DNA of 64,000 nucleotides, from the NCBI GenBank assembly GCA_949499045.1, contig CATEEE010000039.1:3276-67275 (forward strand), in the 5' to 3' direction. How positions within the stretch are numbered: the first letter of the stretch is position 1; each line of letters starts with the position of its first letter. Of the stretch, positions 1 to 9,619 are shown in pieces. The notes beneath the pieces were generated by a model. The model ran no database searches and was not told the origin of the DNA. It saw only the letters and a list, made by a program, of their open reading frames with translations. Source of the stretch: Marinobacterium sp. xm-d-530 (GTDB lineage: Bacteria > Pseudomonadota > Gammaproteobacteria > Pseudomonadales > Balneatricaceae). The translations under genes and the position numbers were made by a program.

Positions 1-1737
1 TTCCAGCGATTGACCTAGCTTCTCCATTTGCGCATCAAGCTTCTCAAGTGCTTTTCGCAGTGGACGCAATTTAGAGCGCTTTTCAGCCTCTATGCGTTTC
101 TGCTCTTTTCGATCGGCGGCACTTTGTGAACGACCTTCTGATGTAATAACAGGGGAAGAGTCCTCCTGTCGTTGGCTCGCTAGCCATCTGTGGTAATCAT
201 CGAGGTCACCCTCGAATTCGGTCACATTACCTTCGGCAACAAGCAAGAACTGATCGACTGTGTTCGCCAGTAGATGACGATCGTGGGATACCAAAATGAT
301 CGAGCCTTCAAAGTCTTGAAGGGCTAAAGTCAGTGCGTGGCGCACTTCCAGATCCAAGTGGTTAGTCGGCTCATCGAGTAGCAGTAGATTGGGTTTGTGC
401 CAAGCAATCAACGCTAAGGCCAGGCGAGCCTTTTCCCCACCAGAGAAACGCCCAATCGGATCCAGTGCGTCGTCCCCGCTGAAACCAAAAGAGCCGGCAA
501 ACGAACGAAGTTGAGCTTCCGTCGCCTTAGGGGCAATACGCTGTAGATGCAGCATAACTGAGGCGGTCATATCCAGTGCTTCTAACTGGTGCTGCGCGAA
601 GTAGCCAATCTTTAAATGTTCACCGCATGAGCGTTCGCCACTGAGTAGAGGCAGATCACCCACTAGGCTTTTAACGAGGGTCGATTTACCGGCACCGTTG
701 CGACCTAAAAGGCCAATACGTTGCCCAGGTACTAGGCTAAGCGATACACCGTTAAGTATTTTACTCTGTTCGCTGTAACCCAGTTCTGTGTTGTACAGAT
801 TCAGCAGGGGCGACGAGAGTTTGTCAGAACAGTCGAATCGAAAACTAAACGGTGAGTCGATGTGCGCCGCGGAGATCATCTCCATGCGTTCAAGCTCTTT
901 AATGCGGCTTTGAGCCTGTTTGGCTTTGCTCGCTTTGGCTTTGAAACGACGCACAAAGCTTTCGATGTGTGCGATCTGCGCCTGCTGCTTATCGTAAGCC
1001 GCTTGCTGTTGCGCGAGTCGCTCGGCACGCATGCGTTCAAAAGCGGAGTAGTTACCCTTATACAGCGTAAGTTGTTGCTGATAGAGGTGAACCACTTGAT
1101 TAGCCGTTGCATCAACAAAGGCTCTGTCGTGCGAAATCAGAATCAATGTTCCTGGGTATTGATTCAACCACTGCTCTAGCCAGATGGTGGCATCTAAATC
1201 TAAGTGGTTGGTTGGCTCATCGAGCAGCAGCAGTTCAGAACGGCACATCAATGCCTGTGCTAGATTAAGACGAATTCGCCAACCACCGGAAAAACTCTGT
1301 ACTGGTTTGTTGGCATCGTTGGCGGCAAAGCCCAGGCCATTCAAAAGGGTGTGGGCGCGAGATTCGGCTCGATAGCCGTCAATCGCATCGAGTTGAGCAT
1401 AGAGCTCACCCAGCTCTGGGCTGTGCTCTTTTTCGGCAATGGCCAGTTTGCTCTGAAGTTGGCGGAGTTCTTTGTCGCCATCCAGCACATAATCCAAAGC
1501 ACAACGATCACTACTAGAGACCTCTTGGGCCATATGAGCGATTTTGCTCGAAGCGGGTTTATGCAGCTCCCCAGTGTCTTGAGATAGTTCACCGAGAATC
1601 AGCTTGAAGAGACTTGATTTACCTACGCCATTGGCGCCAATAAGGGCGACCTTCCAACCAAAATGGATGTTTAGGTCTGCATGGTCAATCAGGCGCTGGG
1701 CGCCACGTTGTAAACTGAGCTGTTCAAGTCGTATCAT
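1..1737 (-). CDS. yheS: ABC-F family ATPase (YheS-like), 3' end runs off the window
   Basis: Not in the ORF track; translated by hand from ATG at 1737 (MIRLEQLSLQRG...). Walker A motifs GANGVGKS and GRNGAGKST, signature FSGGEKARLALA, two ATPase domains and no TM segments. Confidence 0.88.
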   Translation of the reverse strand, partial: MIRLEQLSLQRGAQRLIDHADLNIHFGWKVALIGANGVGKSSLFKLILGELSQDTGELHKPASSKIAHMAQEVSSSDRCALDYVLDGDKELRQLQSKLAIAEKEHSPELGELYAQLDAIDGYRAESRAHTLLNGLGFAANDANKPVQSFSGGWRIRLNLAQALMCRSELLLLDEPTNHLDLDATIWLEQWLNQYPGTLILISHDRAFVDATANQVVHLYQQQLTLYKGNYSAFERMRAERLAQQQAAYDKQQAQIAHIESFVRRFKAKASKAKQAQSRIKELERMEMISAAHIDSPFSFRFDCSDKLSSPLLNLYNTELGYSEQSKILNGVSLSLVPGQRIGLLGRNGAGKSTLVKSLVGDLPLLSGERSCGEHLKIGYFAQHQLEALDMTASVMLHLQRIAPKATEAQLRSFAGSFGFSGDDALDPIGRFSGGEKARLALALIAWHKPNLLLLDEPTNHLDLEVRHALTLALQDFEGSIILVSHDRHLLANTVDQFLLVAEGNVTEFEGDLDDYHRWLASQRQEDSSPVITSEGRSQSAADRKEQKRIEAEKRSKLRPLRKALEKLDAQMEKLGQSLE

Positions 1738-1804
1738 GGGCGGCAAGTCTATCATAGCAAGGGGCGTATTCCTCTCTGTTACACCCCTAATATTTGGAGA
1801 TAGT

Positions 1805-2266
1805 GTGGTTCCTTCAGGATTAAAACTCGACAACCCTTTGTGGTCTTTCGCTTTAGATATCTACCCATCAGTCACTCAGCCGATGCTTTCGATTCAGTCT
1901 AAAGGTGGGCGTGTTAATTTGATGCTAGCAGCACTTTGGTCGGCATCAGAGCAGATCGAGTGGCCAGGTTCGGTTCCTGACACTATTGAAGAGTGGCATC
2001 AGAAGATTTTACCGATTCGATCGCACCGTTTGTCGTTAAAACCGCAGCTCTCAGATTACCCCGAACTTGAACCGCTCTATAAACATCTTAAAGGGGTCGA
2101 GTTGAATATGGAGCGCGTTGAAATAGCGATGCTCCATCAATGGCTAGTGACTGCGAGGCAAGTAAGCCGCTCTATTTTACCTCAATCTAATTTGGATAGA
2201 GTGTTAATCAGCATCACCGGTATTGATCAGGAGAAGAGTGCGATTCTTCAACAACTGAACCCATAG
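1805..2266 (+). CDS. TIGR02444/DUF2390-like protein
   Basis: C-terminal part of ORF 1604..2266 (LDNPLWSFALDIY...LMLAALW). GTG at 1805 follows GGAGA. The upstream extension overlaps yheS on the opposite strand. Confidence 0.6.
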   Translation: MVPSGLKLDNPLWSFALDIYPSVTQPMLSIQSKGGRVNLMLAALWSASEQIEWPGSVPDTIEEWHQKILPIRSHRLSLKPQLSDYPELEPLYKHLKGVELNMERVEIAMLHQWLVTARQVSRSILPQSNLDRVLISITGIDQEKSAILQQLNP

Positions 2267-2364
2267 CCTAATGGGTTTTAATCCTGCAGCGTATGGGTTT
2301 TAATGTTTCTTTCATCTCATTCAGAGACACTAGTCTCACTGATAACACGAATAAGGATTTTCCA

Positions 2365-3057
2365 ATGAAAAAAGCGGTATTAGCGCTTGCTCTATCATCT
2401 GCAATGCTAGCAACACCCTCTCAGGCGACTGAACTTACGACCGATGATCAAAAGTTGAGTTACGGCATGGGTTTGGTGCTTGGTGAGCGTCTAATGGCTG
2501 ATTTCGACTCTCTAGACTACGATCTGCTTAGTCAGGGTGTTAAGGACATGTTCGAGGGCAATAAGCCTCTAATGACTATGCAAGAGCTTTCTGATGTGAT
2601 GATGGCCTTCCAAGCGAAAAAGCTAGAGGCTGAACAGGCTAAAGAGCAAGCGCTAGCAGATACTAACCTTAAAAATGGCCAAGATTTCATGGCAGAGAAT
2701 GCCAAGCGTGAAGGCGTCGTTACCACTGATACGGGTCTTCAGGTAGAAATTCTTGAGGAGGGTACAGGCCCAACTCCAACCGCAGAAGACAACGTTAAAG
2801 TTCACTACAAAGGTATGCTGATCAATGGCCAAGAGTTTGATAGCTCTTACGGTCGTGGCGAACCAGTGACATTCCCACTATCTGGCGTCATCAAAGGCTG
2901 GACTGAAGGTCTACAGATGATTAAAGAGGGCGGCAAGGGACGTCTGGTTATCCCATCGGATCTTGCGTACGGTCCTGGTGGTGCTGGCGGTATGATTGGA
3001 CCCAACGCCACGCTTGTATTTGAAGTCGAGCTACTGGCCATCAATCCAGCTGAGTAA
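2365..3057 (+). CDS. FKBP-type peptidyl-prolyl isomerase with signal peptide (FkpA/FklB/Mip-like)
   Basis: Signal peptide MKKAVLALALSSAMLA, N-terminal dimerisation helix, FKBP motifs VHYKG, EFDSSY, VIKGWTEGL. AAGGA RBS before ATG 2365. Confidence 0.93.
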   Translation: MKKAVLALALSSAMLATPSQATELTTDDQKLSYGMGLVLGERLMADFDSLDYDLLSQGVKDMFEGNKPLMTMQELSDVMMAFQAKKLEAEQAKEQALADTNLKNGQDFMAENAKREGVVTTDTGLQVEILEEGTGPTPTAEDNVKVHYKGMLINGQEFDSSYGRGEPVTFPLSGVIKGWTEGLQMIKEGGKGRLVIPSDLAYGPGGAGGMIGPNATLVFEVELLAINPAE

Positions 3058-3068
3058 TCTGCTCTCGT

Positions 3069-3099
3069 TAAAAAGGCTGCCATTCGTGCAGCCTTTTTT
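3069..3099. terminator. Intrinsic terminator between convergent FKBP and rsd genes
   Basis: AAAAGGCTG...CAGCCTTTTTT hairpin with A/T tracts on both sides. Confidence 0.75.
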
Positions 3100-3130
3100 G
3101 ATTCAGTAAGTTGATTTTTTAGGAAGCGTT

Positions 3131-3598
3131 TTAGCTAACCGCTTCACGGTGTGTGTCATGCAGCATCGCAATCATTTGATCTTCTAACTCAAAGCGATCA
3201 GCCAAGGCCTCGCCTAACTTAGACACCTGATCGCTGAAATATCGAATATCTTCTACGGTCGCTGCAGGTAGATCGGAGAAACGGTCGTTAAAATCGAGAG
3301 CAAGATCGGTAGATATCTGAATCTTGGGAAGTAGGGACTGAGCTTCGGCCAGTTGTGAATCACTGAAGGCTTCACCCTCTGCAACCAGCTGTTGGTAAAC
3401 CTCAAAGTGTCCTGATGATAGGTAGTCGACCAGCAGTTGGCAGAACTCCCCCAATCGTTCATCCAACTCTTCACCCACTTGAGTATGGGGAATGTCCATT
3501 AGGATGCGAATCAGCGAAGCGCGTTCATCTAACCAGTGGTCTATGATGGTGCTGACACCGCCCCAACGTTCACGAGCATCTTTGCAGTTTTCTAACAT
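3131..3598 (-). CDS. rsd: Anti-sigma70 factor Rsd/AlgQ
   Basis: N-terminus MLENCKDARERWGG..IDHWL and motifs LVDYLSSGHFEVY, RFELED typical of Rsd/AlgQ. Confidence 0.92.
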   Translation of the reverse strand: MLENCKDARERWGGVSTIIDHWLDERASLIRILMDIPHTQVGEELDERLGEFCQLLVDYLSSGHFEVYQQLVAEGEAFSDSQLAEAQSLLPKIQISTDLALDFNDRFSDLPAATVEDIRYFSDQVSKLGEALADRFELEDQMIAMLHDTHREAVS

Positions 3599-3668
3599 AG
3601 CGAACCTCCAACAGAAATTTCAGTCTATGCCTATCGATGGAGAACTGGCAAGCGTTATCTCGGTATTC

Positions 3669-5234
3669 CTAAGAGGCTAAGTAGTGCTGAAGAAACTCAT
3701 CAAACGAGGGTTGGTCTTGGGATTCAGCCTCTCGTTGTTGAGCGATAGAGCGCTTAGCTTCCTCTTCTAGCTGCTGTTTGATTAGCGGATTAATAGGTTC
3801 TTGCAGCAGCGTGTCTCGGTGCGCTTGCCCCATTTTTAGTGTCCACTCCTGGAAACTCAACTCCGTTGATTCCAGTTCACGAATGATCGTCGCTGAGGGG
3901 GTTAGCTCAGGATTAGCGATCAGTTCATACTGTCTTTGAACAGCCGAGTGATAAGCGTTTCCACCATGAATGTTATCGAGTAGATTGGCGACAAGTGTCA
4001 CTTGATCCAAGATGTTATTGGCGAATTGTTCGCGTGAGATTTCTCCCTCAAGCGTCTCTAGCATCAAGCCAGGACGACGACCCTCAGAGACGATTTTGTC
4101 TTTATTGTGAGCGACCATGGAACACTCGGTGCTAGTCAGTAGTTGCTCACCAGCAAAGAGACAGGTCAACAAGAATGCATCCATAAAGAGGCTTTGCTGA
4201 AGATCAATGCCAATGGGAAGCAGCGGGTTGATATCGGTGTTACGCACTTCAATGTACTGAACCCCTCGCTCCATTAACGCATGGACAGGTTTCTCACCGC
4301 TGTGGGTTACTCGTTTAGGTCGGATGTCGCTGTAGTATTCGTTTTCAATCTGCAACACATTGGAGTTGAGCTGACGGTAATGCCCATCCACTTTAATGCC
4401 AATCGATTCATAAGGCTTATGGGGTTGGTGAATCGCCGTCTGCAAAGAGTCCGCATAGGTATCTAAATGGTTAAAGCAGACGTTAAGCCCTTCTTGTGCT
4501 CGGTTGGAGTAGCCCAAATCACTCATACGCAGTGATGTTGCGTAGGGGAGGTAATAGGTATCTTCGTCCAGAGGTTCTAAGTGGTGTTCCACAGACTTTA
4601 AGAAATCTTTGCTGACGGCTGGTGATGCACCGAATAGATAGAGCAGCAACCAGCTGTAACGTCGAAAGTTACGAATCAGTGCAAAGTAACGATCAGAGGC
4701 GAAATCTTTGTCGCTCAGCTCGGAACCGCACACATGCTTCCAAGCTGGCCAAAAGACTTCTGAAATCGAAAAGTTGTAGTGAATGCCCGCAATGGTCTGC
4801 ATCATTTTGCCGTACCGATGCTCTAATCCAACACGATAGATATACTTCAACTGACCAATGTTAGACGTGCCATATTCGGCGATGCGTATATTGTCTGCTG
4901 ATCCGATTGCACAGGGCATGCTGGCACACCAGAGCGATTCATGTCCTAGTAAAGAGTAAGTGAATTGGTGCAGCTCTTTTAGCTCTTGCAAGGCGCCACG
5001 TACATCTGTGCTGACACCGGTAATGAACTCTAGTAAGGCTTCAGAGTAGTCGGTGGTGATTTGACCGTGGGTTAGCGTAGACCCTAAAACAGAGGGGTGG
5101 TCGGTCTGAGCTATTTGGCCAGCACGATCGACGCGCAGGGCCTCTTTTTCGATGCCGTGACCCAGCTCTCGCAACAGATGTTGTTGACCGCTTGCGATGA
5201 GGCGATCCAGATTCTCTTTAACTGCTTTTAACAC
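3669..5234 (-). CDS. gshA: Glutamate-cysteine ligase
   Basis: GIEKEALRV, ITTDYSEALLEFIT, GIHYNFS, ATSLRMSDLGY, LQIENEYY, YIEVR motifs; 521 aa. Confidence 0.96.
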   Translation of the reverse strand: MLKAVKENLDRLIASGQQHLLRELGHGIEKEALRVDRAGQIAQTDHPSVLGSTLTHGQITTDYSEALLEFITGVSTDVRGALQELKELHQFTYSLLGHESLWCASMPCAIGSADNIRIAEYGTSNIGQLKYIYRVGLEHRYGKMMQTIAGIHYNFSISEVFWPAWKHVCGSELSDKDFASDRYFALIRNFRRYSWLLLYLFGASPAVSKDFLKSVEHHLEPLDEDTYYLPYATSLRMSDLGYSNRAQEGLNVCFNHLDTYADSLQTAIHQPHKPYESIGIKVDGHYRQLNSNVLQIENEYYSDIRPKRVTHSGEKPVHALMERGVQYIEVRNTDINPLLPIGIDLQQSLFMDAFLLTCLFAGEQLLTSTECSMVAHNKDKIVSEGRRPGLMLETLEGEISREQFANNILDQVTLVANLLDNIHGGNAYHSAVQRQYELIANPELTPSATIIRELESTELSFQEWTLKMGQAHRDTLLQEPINPLIKQQLEEEAKRSIAQQREAESQDQPSFDEFLQHYLAS

Positions 5235-5399
5235 CTTGAAGCTTCCTTACTCTTGGTCGGCGAAGTATATCAGAGAGCCTTCAGAAACCACGAGGATTGC
5301 AGACTATTTAATTTCATATTCAACTTCGGGGTTGTGGGATGCCTTGCAAGGTGGAAAAATCGAAACCTATCTATTTAAAACGCCTATACAGGATAGTCG

Positions 5400-7670
5400 A
5401 TGCAAGAGCGTTATACGCCCAGACAGTTCTTCCCGTTTCGTCCCGAAGTGATTCTGGGTGTGCTTACGCTGTTTGTGGTCTCTTTGATCTATCTAACACT
5501 GTTTACTCGTCAGCAAGCACTTGAAGAGCTGCACCAACAAGCCTCCAGTGAATTAGAGCGTTATCGAGTATCGGTAGAGCAGAGGTTGGATCGCTTTCGT
5601 AGCTTGCCTGAGCTGCTTGCCGATCATGAACTACTAACAGATGCGGTTACCGGTGCTGAAGAGGAGCGGGTTGGGCAAGCCAACCTCTACCTGCAACGAG
5701 CGGTCGATCTGGTCAATGCGTTGGACATCTATGTGATGGACAGTGCTGGCTACACCCGGGCATCCAGTAACTGGTTTAAAGAGACCAGTTTTATTGGCCG
5801 AAACTTCTCATTTAGACCTTACTTTACCGATGCCATGAAAGGGCAGTCAGGACGCTACTTCGCCCTAGGAAGTACTACCAATAAACGTGGTTACTACTTC
5901 AGTCACCCGATGCATCGTAACGGTGAAATCATCGGGGTAGTGGTCGTCAAAATCGACTTGGATCAGATTGAAGAGCGCTGGAATAATCCTGCCACCGAAG
6001 TGATGGTGTCGGATGAAGATGGCGTTATCGTCATCAGTACCGAGCCAGACTGGATGTTTAAAACACTCAGCCCGTTATCAGATGAGCAGATGAAGCGTAT
6101 CGCCGAGAGTCTTCGATACGGTGATCAGCCACTTAACTCACTGAATGTTGCCAAACGCAGCGTGGAGGATGAGCAGTTTGAGATCATTACTGTGCTGCAG
6201 AACGAGAGTGAGAACAGTTCTGCGCCGGCTGAGCTAGAAACGCGGCAGTATCTTCTGTTAGCGGATCAGATCTCCAATACTGGGCTGACCGTCCGTTATC
6301 TTGCCAACCTGCAAACGGTTGAAGATCGGGTGTTGGTTGTGCAGTTGATCACCACCATACTGGGTGTATTGATTGTTCTTGCTAGCCTAGTTGCCTTTCA
6401 GCGACGCCGTATTCGCATTGAACGCGAACGTTATGTTGAGCGTGAAAGTCGTGTTCGAAAAGAGCAGGAAGCGCGTATTGAGGGTGTTATCAACAATACC
6501 CAGGTTGGCCTCTCTTTGATCGATACGGCGGGTAAGATTGAGTACTTCAACCCGGTACTGGAACGGTTGCTCGGTTACCGATTGGATCAGATCATCGGCA
6601 AGCCGTTTCATGAACTTCTGTCTCAGCAAGATCAGTTACTTCTTAAGCGCTACATTGAGCTAGAGGTAGCAACCCGCGAGCAGCATCTCAAGCTTGAAGT
6701 GGACTGCCTAAACGCTAATGGACGCATTATTCCGGTTGAGCTGACCCTAAGTAACATGGAACAGAGCGGTCGTTATCACCTTATTGTTACCTTGGTTGAT
6801 ATCACTGAACGCCGCGAGCATTTACAGGCCTTGCAGCGTGCACAAAATGATCTTGAACGTCGTGTTGCAGAACGTACAGAGGATCTTCAGGCTGCCAATA
6901 AAAAGCTACTGTCTGAGATCGAGAATCACCAACTGACTCAGAACGAGTTGGTGCAAGCAGCTAAGTTGGCGACCATTGGTCAGATGTCAGCTGGGATTAA
7001 CCATGAGTTGAATCAGCCACTGACAGCGATTCGGAATTATGCCGATAACGCTTTGAAGTTTCAGGCCTTGAATAACGCTGAGAGAGTTACCAGTAATCTT
7101 CAGCAGATTGCCAGTTTGACACAACGCATGGCCAATATTCTGCACCCTCTTAAAGAGTTCTCACGCAAACAGGATCCTCAGCAAAGCAGTGTGTCGCTGC
7201 GTGATCTGCGTGATGGAGCTATGTCTATTCTATACGGTCAGTTAGAGCGGCAAAATGTTGTGATCACTTGGCCAGAAGAGGCCGATCGTATCTGGCTGAA
7301 AGCCGATCTTATGCGCATGGAACAGGTAATGGTCAACCTAATTAACAACGCTGCACAAGCGATGGAGCAGAGCTCGATTAAACAAATTCAGATTCGTGCA
7401 GAGTCTTGCGGGGAACAGATCGCTATCTCTGTATGTGATTCGGGGCCCGGTTTAAGTCATGAGGCGCTAGAGCAGATCTTCACGCCATTTTTTACCACTA
7501 AAGAGCAAGGGCTGGGACTCGGGCTGGGTCTCTCAATATCACAGCGGATTGTCGAGTCGCTTGGTGGTATGCTTAGCGCCCATAACTCACCCGAGGGTGG
7601 CGCTGAGTTTCGTATTCTTCTTAATAAAGCCCAACCACCCAGTGCACAGGCAACTAAGGATTCCAAGTGA
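5400..7670 (+). CDS. dctB: DctB-like sensor histidine kinase with periplasmic Cache domain and an additional cytoplasmic PAS domain
   Basis: TM helix, periplasmic SFIGRNFSFRPYF / GRYFALG motifs of DctB, second TM, PAS-like segment, H-box AGINHELNQPL, N-box NLINNA, DSGPG and GLGLG boxes. Confidence 0.85.
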   Translation: MQERYTPRQFFPFRPEVILGVLTLFVVSLIYLTLFTRQQALEELHQQASSELERYRVSVEQRLDRFRSLPELLADHELLTDAVTGAEEERVGQANLYLQRAVDLVNALDIYVMDSAGYTRASSNWFKETSFIGRNFSFRPYFTDAMKGQSGRYFALGSTTNKRGYYFSHPMHRNGEIIGVVVVKIDLDQIEERWNNPATEVMVSDEDGVIVISTEPDWMFKTLSPLSDEQMKRIAESLRYGDQPLNSLNVAKRSVEDEQFEIITVLQNESENSSAPAELETRQYLLLADQISNTGLTVRYLANLQTVEDRVLVVQLITTILGVLIVLASLVAFQRRRIRIERERYVERESRVRKEQEARIEGVINNTQVGLSLIDTAGKIEYFNPVLERLLGYRLDQIIGKPFHELLSQQDQLLLKRYIELEVATREQHLKLEVDCLNANGRIIPVELTLSNMEQSGRYHLIVTLVDITERREHLQALQRAQNDLERRVAERTEDLQAANKKLLSEIENHQLTQNELVQAAKLATIGQMSAGINHELNQPLTAIRNYADNALKFQALNNAERVTSNLQQIASLTQRMANILHPLKEFSRKQDPQQSSVSLRDLRDGAMSILYGQLERQNVVITWPEEADRIWLKADLMRMEQVMVNLINNAAQAMEQSSIKQIQIRAESCGEQIAISVCDSGPGLSHEALEQIFTPFFTTKEQGLGLGLGLSISQRIVESLGGMLSAHNSPEGGAEFRILLNKAQPPSAQATKDSK

Positions 7671-9028
7671 CAGAGTCTAGAGCTAACGAGATTCAAGTAT
7701 TACTGGTCGATGATGATGGCTACATCTTGGATTCTGCCGGGCAAACACTGGAGCTTGAAGGCTATTCTGTGGTGACGTGTGATCGCGCCGAAAAAGCTTT
7801 GGGTATCATCAGTTCTGGTTGGTCGGGCATAGTTGTCACCGATATCAATATGCCCTGTATGACAGGTCTAGAGCTACAGGCTAAGGTTAAAGCCATCGAC
7901 TCCGATATTCCGGTCATCATTATCACCGGTCATGGTGATATCTCTATTGCGGTGACTGCTATACGAGACGGCGCCTACGATTTCATTGAAAAACCCTTTG
8001 CTTCTGAGCTGCTGATTGATGTCGTGCGTCGTGCGATTGAGAAGCGCTCGTTAACCCTAGAAAACCGCGCGCTTAAAGAGGAGTTAGCCACGCATAATGC
8101 GGCTGGACCTCGTCTTATTGGAGCCAGTCCACGCATTCAGCAGCTACGCAATATTGTTCGAGCGGTAGCCGATACCCCGGCTGATATTTTGATCCATGGT
8201 GAAACCGGCGCAGGGAAAGATCTCCTAGCTCGTTATCTTCATGAAAACAGCAACCGTCGCGGCGCCAATTTTGTTGCCATTAACTGTGGTGCGGTTCCTG
8301 AAAACCTGATTGAGAGTGAGCTGTTTGGGCACGAGGCCGGCGCTTTTACCGATGCCAAAAGTCGTCGAATTGGTAAGCTAGAGCATGCGCAAGGTGGAAC
8401 CCTTTTCCTAGACGAGATCGAGAGTATGTCGATCTCCTTGCAGGTTAAACTGCTGCGTGTATTGGAAGAGCGAGTCATTGAACGTTTGGGCTCAAATGAC
8501 CCTATATCACTGGATTTAAGAGTCATCGCAGCCTCTAAAGTAGATCTGCGCGAAGCGGCCGATCAAGGCGATTTTCGTGAGGATCTCTACTATCGACTTA
8601 ACGTTGTGCGTGTCGATCTCCCTGCGCTAAGGGAACGACGCGAAGATATTCCATTGCTGTTTAAACACTTTGCCCTGGTCGCCTCAGGTCAGTTCGGGCG
8701 CGAAGTAGAGCCGTTAACGCCTGAACAGATCCAGCAGCTCGTGGCCTATGATTGGCCCGGTAACGTGCGAGAACTGCGCAATGTGGCGGAACGCTTTGTT
8801 CTACTCGGTGAACTCAATTGCGGGGAGGTGGGAGAACTGGAGAGTAATCAGAACACCGCAATGAGTCTACCTGATCGCGTTGAGTATTTTGAAAAAACGC
8901 TGATTCAAACCGAATTGGCTCGTCATGCTGGTTCCATTAAAGAGACTCTGGCGGCATTGGGTCTTCCCAGAAAAACTCTCTCTGACAAAATGCGGAAGTA
9001 CGGTCTCGATAAAGCGGATTACAAATAA
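7667..9028 (+). CDS. dctD: Sigma-54-dependent response regulator DctD
   Basis: Receiver domain, AAA+ with GETGAGK and ESELFGHEAGAFT, C-terminal Fis-type HTH. GTGA start overlaps the dctB stop. Confidence 0.9.
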   Translation: MTESRANEIQVLLVDDDGYILDSAGQTLELEGYSVVTCDRAEKALGIISSGWSGIVVTDINMPCMTGLELQAKVKAIDSDIPVIIITGHGDISIAVTAIRDGAYDFIEKPFASELLIDVVRRAIEKRSLTLENRALKEELATHNAAGPRLIGASPRIQQLRNIVRAVADTPADILIHGETGAGKDLLARYLHENSNRRGANFVAINCGAVPENLIESELFGHEAGAFTDAKSRRIGKLEHAQGGTLFLDEIESMSISLQVKLLRVLEERVIERLGSNDPISLDLRVIAASKVDLREAADQGDFREDLYYRLNVVRVDLPALRERREDIPLLFKHFALVASGQFGREVEPLTPEQIQQLVAYDWPGNVRELRNVAERFVLLGELNCGEVGELESNQNTAMSLPDRVEYFEKTLIQTELARHAGSIKETLAALGLPRKTLSDKMRKYGLDKADYK

Positions 9029-9097
9029 TTCACCCGGTTGTCAGCGCCGCTCTATTCGTTATACTTGCCCGCCTGTTTAATGATAAGGCGACTCTCT

Positions 9098-9607
9098 ATG
9101 TTGGGTTCTATTGCAGCTGTTTGGGGTATTGTTGGTGTTGTTGCTCTGTTGAGCAGTGCAATCTATCGTCTAGCCCCCATGGCCTTAGAGCTTGCCTTTG
9201 CTGAGTTAAGTTTTGGTCACTGGGTGGCGTTGGCTTTCTCGTTGATTTTTATGGGTTTTGCCGAAGGGTATCGAGGTTTTCAGCAGAACTTTTCACCTCG
9301 TGCGGCAGCGCGAGCCCGCTATTTGCGTCACCATGTGACACCTGCTCGTTTACTATTGGCACCGCTCTTCTGCATGGGTTTTTTTCACACCACAAAAAAA
9401 CGCAAAATCATCAGCTATTCACTGACCAGTTTTATCATTGTGTTGATCATTGTGGTGCACGCTATTCCGCAACCTTGGCGCGGTATTGTCGATGCAGGCG
9501 TTGTATTGGGTCTGTCTTGGGGAACAGTATCGTTGCTGGTCTATGGTGTTAAAGCGCTGACGAAAGAGGTGTTCGACGTCTCACCCGAGACACCGGAACA
9601 CCGTTAA
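9098..9607 (+). CDS. Hypothetical integral membrane protein
   Basis: About four hydrophobic segments. ORF track starts at 9038; ATG at 9098 (MLGSIAAVWG) looks more likely. Confidence 0.65.
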   Translation: MLGSIAAVWGIVGVVALLSSAIYRLAPMALELAFAELSFGHWVALAFSLIFMGFAEGYRGFQQNFSPRAAARARYLRHHVTPARLLLAPLFCMGFFHTTKKRKIISYSLTSFIIVLIIVVHAIPQPWRGIVDAGVVLGLSWGTVSLLVYGVKALTKEVFDVSPETPEHR

Positions 9608-9619
9608 TTTTATTTTCGG

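Noticed and set aside
862-1592. Several 60-105 aa ORFs on both strands
   Set aside because: Shadow frames inside the long yheS-like gene, which the track missed because it runs off the window edge.
1604-1804. N-terminal extension of the 220-aa ORF
   Set aside because: Antisense to the yheS start; family-like sequence and the RBS begin near 1805.
7508-7531. GLGLGLGL run in the DctB G2 box, one LG longer than usual
   Set aside because: A 6-bp in-frame variation with non-identical codons, so not a slippage-prone repeat.
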